NCBI GenBank assembly: GCA_964019335.1
Contig: OZ025673.1
Coordinates: 558,001 to 622,000 of the forward strand
DNA from: Diplonema japonicum
Lineage: Eukaryota > Protista > Euglenozoa: Diplonemea
Reading direction: 5' to 3'
DNA length: 64,000 nucleotides
Of this stretch, positions 57,731 through 64,000 are shown piece by piece. A program made the position numbers and the translations under genes. The first letter of the stretch is position 1. Every line of letters begins with the position of its first letter. The notes under the pieces were generated by a model. The model was given only the letters and a program-made list of their open reading frames with translations, did no database searches and was not told the DNA's origin.

Positions 57731-59497
57731 CTACTGAAGTAGCGGATGGCGAGCAAGGTGCTCCCTTCGGAAGGGGCTGGGATCGATCATGAGCGGTACT
57801 TCCTCTGGAAGGGGAGAGCTGTGCATGCTGTGGCCTTCACTGCAAGCATTTAGCAGTTTTTTATTTTGGATGAGCCCTGCACGCCTCTTCGTCACGTGGA
57901 TTAGATCAAAGAAAATAGGATTGTACTCCTCCCTAATGGGATGATGCTTTCCGAGGTAGGTCATGACCCGCGTCATGATGAGAACGGTGATCCCGTCTTT
58001 GTACTCGTAGTTTTTTCTCATCAAAATGAAGGTCGTCGAGAGTGTTTTGTGGTAGTCACCTGCCCCGAAGTAAGCACCGATAAGTTTCAGCTTGATATCT
58101 AGATTGTGTTGATCGATCCTCTCCTCATCCTCCAGGTCCTCCACATCCTCCTGGTGATACTCTGTTAACATCATGATGTCTACTGTCGCTACCGTTTTCT
58201 TTACATCAGCAAGCACCCTGTGATAACTGCTTTCCTGACTTGTACCATACCTGTAGGCCTTCGGAAGGTCCTTTTGCAGTGCGTGCATGGTCCGTCTCGT
58301 GGCGCGGTAGTTCTTTTGATGATACTGCACAAGGCACATGCCTGCCATGCTCTTCGCTGCCATCACCTCGTTGTCTGTGATACTGCGTGCCGCTTCACTG
58401 ATGTACTCGCCTTCCTCCTTTTTTAGTATTTATGCAGTGAACAATGTATGCATACTATTTGCGTGGCTCTCCTTTTCCTCTCTTCCACTACCTTGGCCAT
58501 GCATTCTCCGTACACTTCTGTGTACTTCTGGTATGCCGTTGTATAGTCCTGTGTTGTGCTGTCAACGTGCGAGCCATAATACCTGTGACTTCAATGCCAC
58601 TCTTGCATCGATTAGCTTGCAGATAGGCAGCTCCTCTTTCAGGTGCTCCAGACAGTTTTCTCCGTAAGTGAATTGTGCGAAGCCAAACACGAACTGTGCC
58701 AGAGACTCGTCGTCCACCATGCCTGTCTGCTGCTCCAGCTGGGAGCCGTCGTGGATGGCGAGCATGGTGGGAAGGGAAGTGATGTTCAGATGTGTTGAGA
58801 GGTTGTAATTTGTGTTGCAGTCCAACGTCATCAGCTTAATCAAGGGTTTCTCGGGCTGCTTGCTGTTGACGGCGTTGACCAGCAACCGCAGATTAACGTT
58901 GTTTGCGATGCAGTCGTCGACGTGCGGTGCCCAACAAGAGAGGATCAGAGGGACAGACTCCTCCTCCACGAGAGTGTTGTAGTTGTCCTCAGTGACCTCA
59001 GGGTGGTTGATGTTCGAGATGCCCGCCTCCTTTGCGTCCTGCACAGACGTTTGTTGTTCGCTTTCCTCGAAACGTTCCATTGCTTCATCGAAGGCTTCCG
59101 GTGCAACTTCCTGCGCCTCAGATATGATGACCGTACGCTTCTTGCCGATCAGCGTCTCACGTCTCTTCAACGTGTTCTGAGCGTCGGCTGCCTTGCTTTC
59201 CTCTTCAGCCGGGGGTTGTGCCTCCCATGGGTCAGGCATTGTGGATTTCGATTTGAAGTCCACATTGTTGGTGTTAAGGGCGGTTTCTAACTGGCTTCGT
59301 ATCTCCTTGTCCTTTTGGCGCTTTGCCTCATAGTACTCCTCGCTGCCTTTCGGTGGGCTGAGGACGGGTTCGTCTTTCGACTCCAGCTGCCTCTTCTTTT
59401 CACTCACCGTCCATTGATCATCCTTCGCAGTCGCCCACCCTTTGTCACTCGCACCTGTGCAGTACGCCCGACTGAGCTGGTTGCATATCTTCCGCAT
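57731..59497 (-). CDS. CnoX/YbbN-like thioredoxin-TPR protein, probably mitochondrial and redox-inactive, 3 exons
   Basis: Trx fold (VTEDNY..LVEEESVPLILSCWAP...NITSLPT) without CxxC; C-terminal segment like the YbbN TPR end. Introns 58549-58582 and 58418-58455. Confidence 0.68.
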
Positions 59498-59901
59498 CTC
59501 TACTGCAGCTACCTATATACTGTGGCTGCCAGCAGGCTGGTAACGAAAGGGGAAGGGTTGGAGCGCAGGGGGGAGGCGAAAGCAAAAAGAAATAAAATAA
59601 AATAAAATAAACTAAAGAAAGATAAAAAAAAGGAGGGGGGAAAAAAGAGAAAAAGAGAAAAGGTAAAGGAGGGGGGGGGGGGGGGGTAATGAGAAGAACA
59701 GGTTACTTTCAGAGGGGAAAGGGGGAGGGGAACAAACATCACTCAATTTCTTTTTCCTCACTCTTGCTAAACACTAACCCCTGTATCCCTCTTTTATTAT
59801 GAGGGAACAGCACATGTCTTTCCTTGCCAAGGTGTGGAAGGAGGGACACAGAGGTAAACGCGTTAAGAAAGAGTGGGTTATTTTTTCTTTTTTTAATCCC
59901 G

Positions 59902-60161
59902 TTACTGTCCGATTATAACGTTGTTGATGGGGATGAAGATGAGCTTCACAATGAAGCCAATGAAACCGATCTGTTTTAAAAAAAAAGTTTTTTTTGAAAA
60001 CACATTTTGTAGCATACCATCGTAAAACCGACCGCAGTGGCCATCCCCACCTTTGTGAACTCCTCGAAAGTAGGCTTGTTGCACTTGTTAATGAAGTACT
60101 TGGAGTCCGAGAAGAAGCCGGTCAGGGGCTTAATAATCTCAGCGTTAATGAGGTCAGCCAT
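59902..60161 (-). CDS. SEC61G: Protein translocon Sec61 gamma subunit, 2 exons
   Basis: KCNKPTFEEF...ATAVGFTM|IGFIGFIVKLIFIPINNVIIG; intron 59971-60017. Confidence 0.92.
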
Positions 60162-60252
60162 TTTTTTTTTTTTTCTTAAAACCTTTTATAAAAATAAAAT
60201 TCAATAGTACAGGTAAGCAAATCTACAAAAAAAAAAAAAAAAATGATTCTAG

Positions 60253-61093
60253 TCAGTACTTACAAAAGGAGATGTGTGGATTGGGTTCTTGAACACATGG
60301 AACCCTTTCGAGTAAGATTGTTCTTCTTCTGCTACTGCCATGTTGGTGCGAGACACACACTGCACGTGGGCATTCGGCGAGAACTGTATGGTATTATTTT
60401 ACCTCCCCCTTTTTTTTCCTATCACACCTGTATCTCCCGTGTGTCGTGCGATAGGATGCACAACCCGATACGTGTGATTGCATCCCTGTCAAGAAGGGCG
60501 GTTTTTTTATCCTTGTGCACAGCATCTGAAGACACTTCGGTGTTGAAGTGCAGCTTGCGCAGATCACGTGCAGGGCCGTGGAGGAAGTAAGATGACGGGA
60601 CAGCAGGCACTTCCACTGGAGTGACCGGTGCCTCAAAAGACACACAAGAACTATGGATACCAGTCATGGCGAAGTCGGATTCCTTGCTCTTGTGAACTGC
60701 CATCAAGTGAGTGGACGCAAGGTGCAGGTTGAGGTCTTCGTGAAGGGCAGTTGAGAGGTCACTGCCACTGCCTTCATGCGTGACACCAAGGGTGAGGGTC
60801 CTCCTCCCGTCCTCAGCCACCTCTGAGGTGCACAGCATCACCTCATTCCCCGATAACACGTTTTCTGCCATACGCATAAACGCCTTGAGCTCTTCTCCAT
60901 CATACCCAAGAACCGCGAAGCGGCCTTCTCTCATCGTCCCCACGTCCTCTTGCATCTCCACTCCCACAGGCATCACGTATGTACGGTAACACCACCCCAT
61001 TCCGAACGTCGCCCCGATAACGGCCGTTGTTGCCCCCGCCCAGAACTCATTCCTATAACTCCACCTTGTTAACGTTTTCTTTAACCTCTGCAT
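60253..61093 (-). CDS. Hypothetical protein with N-terminal TM segment, 2 exons
   Basis: ORF from MQRLKK; intron 60384-60427 extends the frame to ...SFCKY* at 60253. Confidence 0.55.
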
Positions 61094-62433
61094 GTTGTGA
61101 CATGGGGCTGTGTGGTGGTGGTGGGAGAGAGTTTACCAATTAATTAAAAGGGAAAATAAAGGGGAAAGTGGGAAGAAAGAAAGAAAATATAATGGGGGTG
61201 GGTAAGAATAAAAAGGAGGGGGGAGGGTGAAGGGAAGGGAAGGGGAGGGGGGGAGCAGCATTGTACAAAGATCTTTTTAAGGGGTGGGCCAGCCTCCTCA
61301 TCAGCCTCCTAAAAGATCTCGAACTACGCTGGAAGAAGAACAGGGGGGAGCAAAATAGGATAATCACAGAAACCGGAAGAAAAAAAAAAAGAAAAAGAAA
61401 AAGGAAAACACGGAATATGTGAGATTTTTTTTTCTCCTCCTCGAGGGGACGAATTGAAAAAGGAAAGAAAATAGCGCTTAGCTTCGAAGGCGGTTTTTGG
61501 GTTTTTTTCTTCTTTTTTTTTTTATTCTCGTTATTTTCTTCTCGGAGGGCAAAAGCCCTTGTCTTGTGTATGTCTTTTTTTCTTTTTTATTCTCTTACTT
61601 CTTTTCTTCTTCTTGTCAGTTTAGGGTGGAGTTACCCGACCCTTGGATGGGAAAATGAAACAGGATGTTAAAAGGAAGAGAAGGTTTTTCGGATACATTA
61701 ACCTGCAAGAGTACCTGAAGGGAGGGGGGAAAGAGGGGGGTGCATAAAATACCAGGCTGGTGTCCCTCTCTCCACCTTCCTTAATCCATTCTCGTTGGAT
61801 GAATGAGCTTCAAAAAAATGAAAAGATGATGCGGGTGTCAGGAACAACCCACCAAAAAAGAAAAATGGGAGGGGGAGGGGGAAATTAGGGGGGTAAAAAA
61901 TCTACTCCTTCGTACTTTCCTGATCAAGTCATGCCGCCCTTTTTTCTTTTTCCTTTCTTTGCTAAATGGGGTAAACAACCCCATAGGGGGGGGAATTGCT
62001 GCACAGTCCCTACCCAGGTTCTTTCTTTTTTTTCCCCCCTTCTCCTTGCTGTTTCCACACGCTTCTTCTCTTCCCGAGTGACGCAGGACAGGCAGCAAAA
62101 GCCCCCCTCTCTCCATTGTTCGCCAACCTTCTAGGCAGCAACAAGTAATATTCATTGCTGCCCAGGGCAGAGAGGAGGAAACAAAAAAAGGGAACGGAAA
62201 AAAAAAAAAAAAAAAAACGAAAAAAAAGCAAAATAACAGGGTTTGCGCACAAAAGGTTAGGAAGAAGCCAAAAACCCTCCCCCTTTTCTTCAGGCGTCCT
62301 GCCACATACCGCAGGTACCCTTAAATGTCTCTTTTTTTCTTTTTTTTTTCTTTTCTTCTTTTTTTTCTCTGCTCTTTAAAAAATAGCATTCGTGTGTATT
62401 ATCTATGTACAGGAGTGTCTTGCCCATTGCCCT

Positions 62434-62985
62434 TTAGCTGAGACGCATTCTAGATATTTCCTGTGCGTTCTCCTCGTCCTCTTCCATGTCCAGCATGCGT
62501 TTCAAAGCGGGCTTGCGGGTGAACTGGGCAGCCTTCGGTTCCTGTGGTTTCGTTGTTGTTGAATGAGTGCATACATCGCTGTCTCTGCTGCGCTTCTGGT
62601 TCATAACATTGGAGGCTGCCAGGACTGGGAGAGGTGTCGAGGTCCCTACTGGTGTGTCTGTCACCTGGTCCACAAGGCCATGTGACATGTCCTCCAACTT
62701 TTGCAGCACAAGCGGCACGCTGGTGTACCCATTGTAGTGGCTCGACGTCACGAATTTCTTCAGCTCTATCGCGAACTCTTCCAGCTCCCGCTCTTTCTCC
62801 ATTTTCTGTTGCTTGCACCTCGCCCTCAGCCTCTCTAGCTCCACCCGCAGGTCTTCTTCCCTTGACCTGTTGTCCTCGATCACCGCCTCTAGCCGCTTCT
62901 TCCACATCTCGTCCAACGCCTCGAGCTGGTTCTTGTGGTGGTCGTGTTGCTTGAGGTGCTCCTCGCTCATTAGCATCTCGTACAT
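62434..62985 (-). CDS. Hypothetical coiled-coil protein
   Basis: E/K-rich ORF after a CACAG acceptor; probable in-frame intron 62542-62574. Confidence 0.55.
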   Translation of the reverse strand: MYEMLMSEEHLKQHDHHKNQLEALDEMWKKRLEAVIEDNRSREEDLRVELERLRARCKQQKMEKERELEEFAIELKKFVTSSHYNGYTSVPLVLQKLEDMSHGLVDQVTDTPVGTSTPLPVLAASNVMNQKRSRDSDVCTHSTTTKPQEPKAAQFTRKPALKRMLDMEEDEENAQEISRMRLS

Positions 62986-63040
62986 CTTGATGTGACCTGT
63001 GACCTGTGTGGGTTAAAAGAACATGCATTGCCCAAACTGA

Positions 63041-64000
63041 TTACTCGCCCCCCTGAAGGGTGCTATCGTTTCTCCATGTGAGGTACGCGCCGTACGGCGT
63101 GTCCACAGGCTCCGACGTCTTCCCACATTGCGGAATGTTCAGAAACGCCATACTGTGCAGTGTGCAGTGTGTGGCCTGCGGCCTGTGTCTGTCTGTGCAT
63201 ACTTGAAGCCCTTCTTGATCTCTCTGCAGCTGGGGTCCCCACACGAAGCGTTCCTCTCCACATCGTAGACAGCCGTCTCCACGTTGCTCCAGTCCACATA
63301 CGGCATGTTGGCGGTGATGCTGTCCTCAAGCACCCGCCACTGCACGGGGCTGTCGGCAGGGATGAATAGTGTGTCTCCCGCTCGCAGCGTGATCTTCGTG
63401 GGGTACGCCCTGTGTGTGGTCTGCAGTTGCTTTGTGGCATACATGATTGCGCTGGGGAATGCCTCCCAGTCCGGCTCAATAGCGTTCAAGGCGTAGGTGT
63501 TACTGCCCTCGTCGAAGAGCGCAGGCGCGTAGTCGGGGTGGAAGACGTACCATTCCTGCACCCCTGACACCACGTGCACCCACATATGCTGTGAGAAGGA
63601 GTTGCTGTACAAGCTCGACTGACATCCTCGAGGAGCTATTTGTACCTCCGGACATCCATTGATCTAGATTGTGTTGTGTTGTGTGTTGTTGTGTGTCCGG
63701 CAAGATGACATACGATATACAATTCGTCACCCATCCACAAAGCAGGCAGGGCCGCCCTGGGATCCTTCTGTTCTAACTCTTCTCTGTTCTCTACTTGCGC
63801 ATCTCGCAGTGCTTTGTTCTGAAAAGCGAACTGTAGTAGATCCTGCGCGAAATATTTAGGAATGATAAAGTCCTCAAGCAACCACGGGGCCACCGCAGGC
63901 ACTTTGAACTCTGCGAAGTACAGCATTGCGTCTGCTGCGTTTGTGTAACTGGACCGCGTTGCGTAGTTTTGTATGAAATTAGAAATGTCGGTAGTCTGGG
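63041..64000 (-). CDS. JmjC/cupin-like protein lacking the HxD motif, 3' part (runs off window end)
   Basis: DFIIPKYFAQD, IAPRG..SSLYSN, WVHVVSGVQEWYVF, LRAGDTLFIP. Introns 63664-63713 and 63153-63202; stop at 63041. Confidence 0.6.

Noticed and set aside
62434-63244. Splicing of the JmjC gene into the downstream coiled-coil ORF
   Set aside because: The candidate donor and acceptors do not join the coiled-coil frame; treated as two genes 55 nt apart.
922-63713. Frame breaks suggesting pseudogenes, programmed frameshifts or stop-codon reassignment
   Set aside because: Apart from the TOR start, every break is resolved by a GT-AG intron, and TAA, TAG and TGA all act as normal terminators.
1-64000. 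Numerous plus-strand ORFs, e.g. 1992-2945, 13408-14424, 20198-21235, 27390-28346, 35887-36936
   Set aside because: They are antisense shadows of minus-strand genes, S/F/L-rich, with no recognisable motifs.

Overview
Eukaryotic, gene-dense window. I could reconstruct 32 protein-coding genes, all on the minus strand, often separated by only about 40-100 nt. They are interrupted by 51 manually reconstructed short GT-AG introns (30-73 nt, one of 280 nt) that are mostly A/C-rich and usually lack a polypyrimidine tract. Head-to-tail clusters plus cis-introns, an amastin-like gene, a YGPEP-motif protein and a short Tom22/ATOM14-like gene suggest a euglenozoan, most likely a diplonemid (inference). 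Recognisable genes: AATF/Bfr2 (partial), RRP5, a four-domain voltage-gated Ca2+-type channel, kanadaptin, a serpin-domain protein, a Tom22-like protein (missed by the ORF track), an Fn3-associated repeat membrane protein, a Cas4/Dna2-like nuclease-SF1 helicase, an FIH-like JmjC protein, a K+-independent H+-PPase, CSL4, TOR, a nucleotide-sugar transporter, two FkbM methyltransferases, UBA1, a CLK-like kinase, a CnoX/YbbN-like protein and Sec61-gamma. Non-coding highlights are a double-hairpin palindromic insert inside a kanadaptin intron and a 22-bp perfect inverted-repeat element. I saw no rRNA, tRNA or CRISPR array. All exon-intron structures were deduced by eye from splice signals and frame continuity and need RNA-seq confirmation.
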